In this document: piece by piece, positions 47,788 to 59,235 of the stretch
Layout: each line of letters begins with the position of its first letter
Numbering within the stretch: the first letter of the stretch is position 1
Assembly (NCBI RefSeq): GCF_009914755.1
Contig: NC_060928.1
Source of the DNA: the human T2T-CHM13v2.0 reference genome, Homo sapiens
DNA length: 64,000 nucleotides
Strand: one strand, 5' to 3'
Program-made: the position numbers and the translations under genes
The notes under the pieces: model-generated
What the model was told of the DNA's origin: nothing
Seen by the model: only the letters and a program-made list of their open reading frames with translations
Database searches by the model: none

Positions 47788-50700
47788 CCTATGGCCTTTA
47801 AAGGCACCAAAATCCAAGGCTACAGTTAGCAATATAGGAAGTGTCTTTTGAGTCTGCTGTCTTGGTAGTTACACCATTGTCTTGGTTCAAGTATTCCTTC
47901 TTTCAATGACAGACCCTTAATTAGTTTTGTGCTTTCATTTCTCCCTCTCCAGGTACCTCTAAATGATCTCCTGAAAATCCCAGTCCACCATTTGACTCCG
48001 TGGCTTACAAATCTCCAGTGCTTCTCCATTACCTAATAAGGAAAAAATCAATTTCATTAGTATGTTTGAGAAGGTTATTTCTGAACCCTGCTTAGCCTAA
48101 GAGAGTCATCTGCTGCACCTTCTCCTCATCACTTGGATAGCAGCACTGAGATACCAGCTGTTCTCTAAACACGCCATGCTTTTTCATAGGGTTCTCCTTG
48201 CTTAGGATGTTTATTCTCTTTCTAGCCCCGCTTTGATCTCTAAAGATCCTTCAGGACCCTTATGAAATGTGACTACTCTAGGAAGGTTTTCCTGAGATTT
48301 CTAGGCAGAATAGTTCATTTTTCTATGCTCCAAAAATTGTGTGTTCATGCATTAATGCACTTCTCATAGAAAGTTCTATATATTTTTTAAGTATCTTGTT
48401 TCTTCTGTATTATGAATTTCAAGAAGGAATGGACAGAGTTTGCCTCTCAAATACCAGGACTTGGTTTGTCATAGGCACTCAAAAATGTTGATTTTTGAAT
48501 AGCTTCTTTCCAAGGCTCCCCATTCCTGCTTACAGAAATGTTACCATCTAAGGCCCACCTCAAACACAGTTTCCCCTGTACCCCATTTTCTCCCACCTGG
48601 AGTGCTTTTTTTTTTCATCCCAAAGACCTACAGGAATTTCCTTTGTTCTCTGATTTGGAATTTTAAAAAATATATTTAAACAAGTTATTTAAAAAAATCT
48701 GTCTCCTTGTCTGCAAGTTGATTGAAGTGGAATCTGTGTCTTCTCTATCCAGAGATGCCTGTATTCCCTGAATCAGTATCTTATACCCAGCAGATTCTCT
48801 GAAGGATATTTGCTGAATGGAGGAGTTAAGCCAAGGAAAGATAATCCTTAGTGCAACTTCTGAAAAGATACAGGTGACAATACCACTAGCTCCAAAACAT
48901 TCTGCATAATGTCTGCTTTATTTCACTGCAGTTTATGAGTGCTCCAATTCTAAGGGAGATTATACAGCTGTCAAATACAAATTATCAGTAATTCACACAG
49001 TAGAAAGGATAGATTCAATCAGGTTTCTTTCCTCTTTAAACTTGCTTAATGTTGATGAGATATTGACAATGATCAACACATTACATTTTTAGTTCTATGG
49101 ATTTCCAGTAAATTCTCTAAGCTTTTCTATGTATACAATCATAAGCTCTGTAATGAATTATAATTTGGTATCTTATTTTCAATATTTAAAACTCATATTT
49201 CTAAACTCACATTTCATTTTCGATAATTTATTATTTTTAGTTAATTACATAATAGCTCATAATTCCTTGCTTTGTCTTTTATTTTAATGGTGTAGAAGTT
49301 ATAATTTCCGTGTCTTCAAGCCCCCTTCTCCCCACAAAACACTTAGTTAATATGAGGATGGAGATGATGAAAAATTGGATTGAGGACCAGGTAGAAGGTA
49401 ATTTAGGTAGTCATATGCTTTATTGTTTTGAAAGAAAGGAGGTGGAAAAGGGAAGGGGTGGGAGTGAGGGTATCAGAGAAGAATTGGGATGAGAGTAAAA
49501 TGAATGGATTTTATCTTGGAATTCTTGGGGCAAGAGGATGAGTACTGGTACTGGGGACTGGAACAGTGGTTGAATAAGGAAGGTCAGATGATGTCAATGA
49601 CTAATTTCACTTGTTTTGGAAATTTTCTTTCAGATACCTTTCTTCTTCCAGTTTGGCATTAGAAATCACAATGCAGATATATCATGGGGCAAAAAGACCT
49701 TTGTGGAGACTCTAACATTGCTTTTATAGAAAAAACATGACCACATCTTCATACACTCAATAAACACTGGGGGCACCGCCTGCTTTAAGTGCAAGCTGCA
49801 TAAAATAAATTGATACACAAATGAATTTTTTATTGATAAGTGCAAAAAGATTACATTTAATGTTTAAAAAAGATTTAATAGAAACAATTTAAGAAAAGGG
49901 AGTAGTTGAAAGAAAATAGTAGGCTAAGAATTGAATATAGAAATAGATATGAAGAAAATTGGAAGAAAGTTACTTCAGGGTGAAAAACTGTTAAAAAAAA
50001 AAATGACTTAGATCACACACTTGGTGGTGACCAGAGACTGTTTGTCAATATTTTGGAGGAAAAAAATTTTACAGAAGGAGAAAATAAGTAATGCTGGAGA
50101 GTGGGAAGCTGAAAGGTATTGAAAGGAAAAGAGTATTTGGAAGTCACGAGATATCTCCCTGGGAAATAGAGTTGGCAAAATGGCTGATTTTAAAGAGGTT
50201 AACTATTCTCCCCAAATTTCTGACTGTGAACTAGCTTACTTTATATTTACCCACTTAGAAAGTGTTTCAACACTTAAAGACTTAGCAAGGAGACCACAAA
50301 GTATAAGACGTTACATACTTTTCCAAAAGAAACACGACTAACTGTAAACTGTCATCAAATACAAATGGAATGGGTTTTCTCTTTTGGGTTTTATTTTTTT
50401 ATTTTTAATTTTTTGGTTGTTGTTTTCGTTTAACGGTTTCAAAAAATATGTAGAAGGGAAATATTTCATTTCCCTTGGACGCTCAACTGTATATATTTCA
50501 AGATTCTTAAAACCCCCACCTCAAACTGCAGGCTTAATTTTAATGTGTTCATTTTTTACAAGGTGTGTCAACGTTTTATCAATTTCTGAAAAGTGTCTAT
50601 GGCCCCGAAAAGTTGAAATCCACGACATTATATCATCTCTGCGAGCCCTTTCCAGCTCTCAAGGTACAATAATTCCACGAATCTTTGTTCTTCAAACCAG

Positions 50701-51009
50701 GAGGTTTTCTGGAAACCTTCTTAAACAACCAGGACAGGACCCATGAGGGAAATCTTGGGGATGCTCTGAGCAGCGGACGGGGCTTGGGAAGCGCACGCCT
50801 GTACCCGGGCTGCCTCCGGCCCGCACCCCGCCGCTCCCCAAGTCGGCTCCGCACTCCGCACACAGGCGGCGGCGCTGGGGCCGCTCCAAGTGCGTTGAGA
50901 AGTGTAATCCCTCCGCTAAGTACTTGGCTCTCAGTCTCCAATCACTAGTGGGAGCTGGAGAGGGCAAGTGAAAAAAAAAAATTCCAGAGGCAGCCGAGGA
51001 GCGAGAGGG

Positions 51010-51066
51010 AAAAAAAAAAAAAAAAAAAAAAAAGTCCCGCGGTGGCGGCGGCGGCGGCGGCGGCGG
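51010..51066 (+). repeat. A24 tract followed by (GGC)7
   Basis: A run 51010-51033; GGC repeat 51044-51066; an A11 run also at 50971-50981. Confidence 0.96.
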
Positions 51067-51082
51067 AGCGGCCGCGGCGGCC

Positions 51083-51196
51083 AGAAGTTGACGGCGCAGC
51101 CGGGCGCGGGGCGCGGAGTCGGCGGGGCCTCGCGGGACGCCGGGCAGTGCGGAGACCGCGGCGCTGAGGACGCGGGAGCCGGGAGCGCAGCCGCGG
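51083..51196 (+). other. BMPR1B: Non-coding first exon (5' UTR) of BMP receptor type 1B
   Basis: cgcggggcgcggagtcggcggggcctcgcgggacg...gcagtgcggagaccgcggcgctgaggacgcgggagccgggagcgca matches the BMPR1B mRNA 5' end as I recall it; donor CGG|GTAAGG at 51196/51197; start position approximate. Confidence 0.85.
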
Positions 51197-51779
51197 GTAA
51201 GGCGCGCGCGGCGGGGCCCCGTCCCCTGCGGGTGGCCGAGTTCCCGAGCGCGCGGGAGGCGGCCGAGCCGGCGAGAGCCGGGCAGAGCGAGGGGCGGCGC
51301 GGGACGGGTAGCGGCTGGGTGCGGAGCTGGGCGGCGGTCGCCCTAGGCAGGACGGAGCGCGCGAGGGAGAGGGCGAGAGCGAGGGCGGGCTGCGCGGCCG
51401 TGGGGCGGTGGCGGCGGCGGGGAGGGGGTCAGGCGGTGGCCGCCTCGGCTTTGTGCGCGGGCGGCTCTGCCGGGACCCCGAGGCCTCGTGCCTGCGCAGG
51501 CGAGGAGTCGGGGCAGCGGCGGCGGCGGGCGGGACACGTGCTTCGGGCTGTAGGGACGCCCCAAGGCAGGGAGTCGGACCTGCGAGCGGAGGGATGGGGC
51601 GGGAGGGCGAGCTGAGGGCAGTCGCGGAATCCGGGAAATGGGAGGGAGCCCGGCGGGGCGGGGGCCCAGGGCCAGCCCAGGCGGGACCCGCAGGCACCCA
51701 CCTGCCCCGGACGCCTCCCGAGACCCAGCCTTGCCGTGGGGGAAAGTGCGCAGCGGGCTGGTCCCGGCGCCTTGGACTG

Positions 51780-52150
51780 GGCTCCGTCTCTGCTTCAGTT
51801 GCCTGTCTCTTCTCCTCTCTCTCCTGCTTCTCTCTCTCTATGCCTCTCTCTCAAGTTCTGGGTCTTTCATTCTCTCCCTTTTCTTCCTTTCTCCCTTCCT
51901 CTCCTTATTGCTATCCTTTGCCTCTCCCCCCGGTCTCTCTTTCCTTCCGTGCGTCTGTCTCCCTCTCCCCACCGCCTGCTCTGGCTCTCCCAGTGTGTCC
52001 CTCCTCTGTCCCTTCATCCTCTTCCCTCTGTCACTTTCGCACAATCTTTTGGTCTCTCTCTCTCTCAAGAGGCTTTCGCTCCCGGTCTTCCTGGCTCCCC
52101 TGTCTCTTGCTCTCTGCGCCCATCTCTCTGCTCGTCCCTCTTTCTGTCCA
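51780..52150. repeat. CT-rich low-complexity tract
   Basis: ~370 bp strongly pyrimidine-biased on the + strand. Confidence 0.9.
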
Positions 52151-54538
52151 GGCTCCGTGTTTCCGCCTGTGTTTGGCGGTGTTGGAGAAGAGCCTCTGGA
52201 AGTTGTCCGCTGTGGTGCGGGTCTTACTTCTTTAGAGCTGCACCCCTCCAGCTGGGTCCTGCTGTTTGTTCTGAATGGAAACGCTGCAGTTCCCTTGAGT
52301 TATTAGAAACTGCTCTTTTCTTAGCCACCTTTCCACCAAGGTGAGGTCAGTGACTACGAGCGGCCACAAAGGTGCCAGTGAAAGACAACGGAGGAAGAGA
52401 GCCGTTTCACTACCTCCAACAGATAAAGAAAATGTGTTAATACCAAACTTACCTGCAGCAAAGCAGAGCCACCTGAGAAAAGGTTCTTGAGTTCTGCAAA
52501 GAAACATAAAAGGCTCCACTGGAAATGAGAGGGTTCAGCTAAAAAGTGTTTGCAAATAATTTGAAAAAGCACTTAATGGAAATCTCTTGCTGTGCTAAAT
52601 TGATGCCAACGAATCTCTGTTTTCTTACATATATTTTTAGGATTCCAGTGACAACTCTCCTAATTATTGTTTTGGGCAAGTTATGGGAAATGTCCTGTGT
52701 CAACTGGGATGTTAGTATTTAAGAAAATATTCAGTCTTTGTACTTTATACCCCTTTACACTCTAGTGATCAAGAAGAATTATTTCTAGCTGTAAAGAAAA
52801 TAGTAAAGGATTCGTCAGTAATTTTAAAACATGAGACATTCCGGTGATCAATAATGTTTTTGGAAAACTTTCATTATAAGGATGTTTTGAAGGATGTTAC
52901 ATCTTAGTGAAATATGTAAGTTATTACACACTTAGATCATTGTGCAATGCAAAAAAGTTTGTGTTATAAGCAGATCATAGTAGTGATGTCTTTTTATGGG
53001 AAACATAGCTGGGAAATTAATTGCTCTGATTTTCACTGTTTTCTTTAGTCATGCATAATGTACCTTTGTGTTTAGCAAAATATGGCCTAGAGCTACAAAA
53101 CTTGATACAGTGTGTTATTTGTCCAATCTGAATTACCATTTAGAAAACCACCTTTTCCTTTTAGTTACATGATATAAGTTGATATGATCTCATTACTCAT
53201 GTGCTAGGGGCCGCTGATGAATTTTAATGGCACTGATTTGTGTTTTTAAATCAAAATGTTAGTTTTTGGTGAGTTAAAATCTTGATTTATGTCATGTTAG
53301 TGAATCATCACTATTTATAGGGGCTTTGCCACCTTGTCTGCCAGGTGCTGCCCAGCATTTAGTCTAGGCTAGGTTGTCTGAAATTCCCTGTTAGATTATT
53401 GTCCCTGAGTGACGTGCTGCCATGGCCTGCTTATGTATGTTTCTCTAAATGTTCCAGTCGTTAAATAATATTTATTAAAAGGAAATTGACTTAAATTTTT
53501 CCTCATAAGCTTTGGGAACTGTGTGAGATGGCCTGATAAAGTATTTTTATTACAGTAAATGCTGATTTATTATTATTTGTTTAAAAGTATAAGGCAGTTT
53601 AAAATGTGCTTATCTTTTGCCACATATAGCACCTCCTCCAGCTCTTTCTGAGCACTCAAATCGTATTTATCATCCAAATCTAAAGTCAGTTGTCACCTAC
53701 TCCAACCTAGCAGAGCCTTCCTGATTTTCAGAAGCCCCCTCACCACTGCCTCTGCCTCTCAGGCTTCTGAGTGCCCCTCTTTCGGTGTCCACCTCTGTGC
53801 TGTATGGTTACTTGCTTGGCGCTTCCTTGTTGGACTGTTATCTCATTGAGGTGAGATAGTGTCCCTTGTTTCTTTTTCTCTGAATTTCAGATGCCCAGCA
53901 CAGTACCTGGTATGTGATAGATACTCAAGAAATCCTTGTAGGACGATTGGTTCTTTTCCAAATTACCTCTAACTTGTGATACTGATTCTTTGTGGATGCA
54001 GTAGCTCAAGGAAAATACTTAAGAATAGTGTAATAGCAGATCATAGACTTAGGATTGAAAGAGTCTTAGCATGTCATCACACACATTAATAATATTAAAG
54101 ATGAAGAGGATGAGGCCCAGAGAGTTTGAAAAACCATGCTCAGAAATAGAAAGTGAGGCTAGGATGGCTATGGAATTGAGACTTTACTTTTTTCACGGTG
54201 CCACAATTCTTTTCACTGGACTCATGTTTGACTTCTTTCACTAGAAGTGGGTAAATATGTCTATAATTAGAAGCTGTAAGTTTTACTCTAAACTCTGAAG
54301 ATTTCTTTTCATGTCATCCAATAAAAGCCGTGCATGAAATGTATCACTTTGCAATAACTGATAATCATTTCTGATGCATGTAAGCATGGAGGTAACACCG
54401 ATCTTTAAGAACCTTGACTCCTAAATTATTTCTATGTGGTAGGCATTGTTCTGGGTGATAACTGTGTTGGGCAGAATTACTATTTCTTACCTGCAAAGAA
54501 GATTTAAGCTCTCTGGACTTACATTTTCCGCTGTATAA

Positions 54539-54541
<3 letters not shown>

Positions 54542-54588
<47 letters not shown>
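54542..54588. repeat. (TG)23 microsatellite
   Basis: Direct read. Confidence 0.97.
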
Positions 54589-54589
<1 letters not shown>

Positions 54590-55284
54590 GAAGGGGGTTA
54601 GGGAGAAGAAAAAGGAAGTTTGGACCAGATTAGTGGTTCTTTTTGAAGTTTTCTTCAGAGACTACCAGTTTAACTCCCAGAACAACTGCAAATTCATCTG
54701 TTTTACATATCAGACTTCCTGGTAAGCTTTTGTTTTAAAAAAGGCTAACACAGCTTTAAAAAAACTTGAAGACCACTTTACTTGTTGTCCTCCAGTCCCT
54801 CTTCCAGTTCTTGAATTTCATAATCAAGATCATTTCTAGCTTTTAAATATGGGTATTCAGAGGATGGTTGGTGAAAGTATTAAAGACAGAAGGAAAAACT
54901 GATTTTGCCTTAGAGATACTATTAATAATTTCAGGTTTCCATATGCTGAATTTTATATGATGGCAGAAACTGAAGTAGAATTGTTGAGATATGTATAGGC
55001 AGGCCAGAATTCAGGGAAAGGAGGGGTTGCGGCTAGAAAGGTAGATTAAAAAGTCGCTTATATGACTTAATAACTTAAATTGAGTGAAAATAAAACTTTT
55101 TAGGCATAGAGTACAGAGAGAAGCCAAGATTTAGGAGTAGACAAAAAGGACATTTTGTTATGTTATTTCTGGGTATTTTTAAAGCCCATCACAGTGGTAA
55201 GAAGGGATAATGTATAATTTACATCAGGCAATAATTTGTTTTCATGATGTTCAGGACATCCACTTACATGCCAATATTCTAATT

Positions 55285-55930
55285 ACATTCATTTTTACTT
55301 AAATGTTTGAATGCCTACTCTGTGTGTGGCACTGTTATACACTGTGGGGACACTGTGACTATAAGAGACACAGATCCTTGCTGTCATTGAACTTGTAGAG
55401 AGTGAAAACACAATCAGCTATCCACAAACACATGAATAAGATTATTTCCAATAGTGAAATTTGCCATTAGGAAAACAAGACAGGGTGATAAGACAGCATG
55501 TGACTGGGCTATTTTATATGAGGTGGTCAAGGAAGGCCTCTGTAAGGATATTCTTGAGTAACAAGAAAGAGCCAACCCCGTGAAGATCTGAAAGAACTTC
55601 CTATCAGAGGACGCACTAGGGTTGTCTCTAAAAGTAGCAAGCTAGGCACTCACTGGCCAGGGAGGCTGGACTCAGGCAATTAGAGGAAGTGATAGGAATG
55701 AGGTCAGAGAGGTGGCGAGGTTCGTAGTATAAAATATGTATTTTATTCAAAGTACATTCTGTTGAACACCCTGGAGGATTTTAAACAGAGAAGTGAACAA
55801 ATATGATTTAGCATGTCTGTATATAGTGTGAGCAAGAGTACCTGAATAAGGCCATGTGGGTGGCTATGAAAATGATGTAGCTGAGAGTTTGTTGGCTTGG
55901 CCAAGGGTGGAACCTTGAGAGATTGATCAG
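55285..55930 (-). mobile_element. L2 fragment
   Basis: aaatgtttgaatgcctactctgtgtgtggcactg...gtggtcaaggaaggcctct...ggaggattttaaacagagaagtg. Confidence 0.8.
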
Positions 55931-57263
55931 ACATTGTTCTTATCGTGGAATAGAAGAATCATGGAGTTGAATCATCAGTTTTTGTTTTTTTTTTTTTGCG
56001 GGGATGGGGGCTGGGGGTGTGCCAGGATCTACATTGCAGCAATTCACTGGTTCAATAGTTACTTTTACTTTTGAATTTCAGACCTCAGCACCTTCTTAGA
56101 GTTCCCAGATACCACTTCTTTACTTCACCTCAAATATCTCATGGGCTGCAAGCTTCTTCCACGTGAGAGCCTATAGTATGTCCTAGGAAGTGTTGCAGTA
56201 AGGTTCTTAGTGCTAGAGATGATTCCTGGACTACACTGAGACGCTTGGTTCTTTCTGAAAAGCAGAGTGGTGAGCATCCTTGAATGAGCATCTCTTCATT
56301 TTCAGTAAAGTGTGTCAGTATAAAAAAAGGGAAGTGAGGCAGAATTCCTCTAATTAGGTCTGAGTGTCATTTTCCTCTAACCCTCAGCTTTGGAAACTTT
56401 GGATGCTTCTTGAAAGAATTCATTATAAAGTCTGCATTGTTAGATCGGGATGTTACACATCATTGTACTCCCGCCCCTTGCAAAGTGCTAGGACATAGTA
56501 GGCATTCAGTAAATAGTTGTGCAGTGCTGTTGGATGCACTCCTTTAGAGGCCAGTAGTTTTGATTCAGCCAATTTTATTTTTTCCTGTCTTTCAACAAGG
56601 ATATGGCTGCATGTGGCGTCAGCTTTGGAAGATATTAAGTAGCAAGTTTGGAAATGAATTTTCTGGAGATTGTATTTACTTATCGGCTAAAGGAAAAAAA
56701 AGATACAATCCAGTATATCTGTTTATAACGTTTCTTGCCTGGCTGTCTTGAGATAAACATTTTAGTCATTTTTATAGCAGTTAGATAGATATGAACTTAA
56801 ACAAGTACAGACACATCTGTCACTAGTTAATTTGATGATTTACGAATGTAAAATGTTTCCAAGGAAGTCTGTAATGATGTTGCCTTTGTCTAAATTAATC
56901 TCTTGATAGAAATCAGTGAATTTTATCTAACTAGTACACTTTATGACCATCTATAAAATGTATTAAATTATCATCAATTCTTTTTTCTGAAACTAGCTAC
57001 TTTTCTGTTTTCCAATACACATTTAGCCATGATAGTCCACATAATGGAGGATTGTCCTGAAATCCTTCCCTTTATTATGGAACGTGGTGCAGTGCTCAGA
57101 TGGGCTTGCAGACAGTTGTGGCATCATTTCATTTTTATGTATCTAGTAATTTTCTTCCACTGTTTCTTTTGATCTTCTTCAATTTGTCAAGAGTTTCTTC
57201 TGTATCTGAATATTCTGTTTTGCCCCATTTTGCCAAAACTGTTCTTATTACCATTGGCTTCTA

Positions 57264-57680
57264 TGTCAGATATATTTTGGTTGCCACTCCAGAACCACTC
57301 TCAGCCCTTCTACCTCATGCTGTCTGCAGGGAAAATAACCTGGATGAACAACTTTGACTTCCAAAAAACGTAGGTCACTGGGGAGCCACAGCAGAGAGTA
57401 GAGGGAGGGTGGGGAGTGAGGGTATTTATTTCCTTGGCTCCCTTTTTGTGAGATCAGTTTGGGCTGCCTGTATTCCTGCACTGAAAGTCATTGCTCTTCC
57501 CAAGGTATTCTTCTCTATATAACTCTTTCTTTCCAGATTCTGGTAATCTCGAATAACTTCCCTGCTTTTGCTAACCTGGATTTACTGCAATACCCTTGGG
57601 GTTCTTTTCCACTACTGCCCACACCCTGTTACATTGTCTGTTTATAAATAAATTCCCTCAGCTTATCAGGAGCTGTGTCA
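57264..57680 (+). mobile_element. ERVL LTR33-like element
   Basis: tgtcagatatatttt...ctccagaaccactctc...gagggtatttatttccttggctcc. Confidence 0.7.
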
Positions 57681-58979
57681 ATTAAAGTCCTATTTTCTGT
57701 TGATTCAGCTTCTGAAAGCCTGCTCTTTGGAGTCTTCTTGGATTGATAAGAACAGTCGTACTCCCTTACCTGTTTTGGACATCTGCTTTCCACCCCAAAT
57801 TATATGCTTCTGTCCATGAAACCTAAATTCTTATATAAATACTGTCAATCAGTTTATTGGAACATCTCGTGACTTGATAGTCTGTATATCTTCTATCCAT
57901 GTGCTTTGTTTCCTTCACTCTTTCACAAATGCAGTGCATCTTTATAGATTCACTGTTTAGGACCAGGCACTGTACTAGGCATTGTGGATACAAAAAGGTG
58001 GATGTTTGCCACTATTTGGGAGGACTGGGAAGGGGGCAGGAAATAAACAACTATACATAATAGTTACAATTTAGGTTTGTGATTAGGTTTATTTAAAAAA
58101 ATAAACGGTGCAGCAGTAGAGAGTAACGGGGGGACTATCATTTACTGAAGATCACAAGCAACTGAAAGGCAGGGCATGTCTAAGTGGCTCTTGTTAACCT
58201 GCATATATTATTCAGGCTCTTAATATTTGAATATTAAAAGCTTTTCCCAATGATGACACAAACAATAAATCTTGGCAGGAAAATTAGAAATTTCATATAA
58301 ACCTTAAGAAAATAAAGTGCTTTATACTATTACCTAAAATTAATAGTTTTGTATATATGTATGTGTGTGTGTATCCCTTAAGAATTTTCTTATGCATTAC
58401 TATGTATTTTTAAATGAAAATAAGATCATCTGTATCATTTTGTGACTTTCGTTTTGAATTTAATCATGCATCAGTAACCCCATCTACATCAATGTATGCA
58501 TTCTGAAACATATTTAATGTGTAATCTGATAGTTAAAGATCACAGAGTTCCTCATCTCCCTGCTCGTTATATTTCGTAGACTATTTTAAAAGTTTGATAG
58601 ACATGAAGAAGAAAAGTGGGCCAATAATCTTGCCACACAAAAACCTCTAGAAATTAAGAGGCACTTGAGAATATATCTGTTTGAATTGTGATGCCTAATA
58701 AAATTAAATGACAACAGAGAGGGGACATAATTTAATCAAATCTCTCGTTTAATAATTACATTCTAGAATTTTTTTGAGGTCTAACATAACTGTTATTTCT
58801 ACTTTGTCACATAGTAAATGAAAAATTGGGGTTTGAGGTAATATGAGCTATTCGACTAATCCAGATAAGGAATTTGCATATAACAGTATGTTTTACCTGA
58901 TTGCATTTGTTTTCCCAGTGTGTTTCATGGAACAGTGGTTTCGTGGAATGTTAGGTGTGCAGCCCAAGAGGGATCTTAT

Positions 58980-59235
58980 GGATGGCAGCATAGCCTCCTG
59001 GTTAACTGTGGGAGTTTGTCTAGGTTTGAATCGTGGCTGTATCATTTCCTAGTTGTGAGACCTTGGGCAAGTTCCTGCACCTTCTGTGTTTTTGTTTCAT
59101 CATCTGTAAAATGTCAATGACAATAATAGTATTTACATCATAGGGATGTTTGAGAATTAGAATTTTGATTTTTAAAGTGTTTAGAACAGTGATAGGTACA
59201 TAGTAAACACAAGCGTTTGATAAGCAAGTAAATAA
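58980..59235 (+). mobile_element. MIR
   Basis: ctaggtttgaatcgtggct...gaccttgggcaagtt...tcatcatctgtaaaatg. Confidence 0.8.

Larger units (their letters stand above)
50760..51800. promoter_or_regulatory. BMPR1B: CpG-island (probably bidirectional) promoter
   Basis: Dense CpG and high GC against an AT-rich background; CCAAT at 50938-50942; no TATA box seen. Confidence 0.93.

Noticed and set aside
50633-52344. Long overlapping ORFs (up to 275 aa) on both strands at the CpG island
   Set aside because: Stop-codon scarcity in GC-rich and CT-rich DNA; low-complexity Arg/Pro/Ala/Ser/Leu products; several cross the exon 1 donor
52344-52356. AGGTCAGTGACTA IR1-like nuclear-receptor element (similar motif near 59651)
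   Set aside because: Two mismatches in one half-site; expected by chance in 64 kb
57403-57422. G-quadruplex-like motif
   Set aside because: Lies within an old LTR33-like element, has a longer loop and no supporting context
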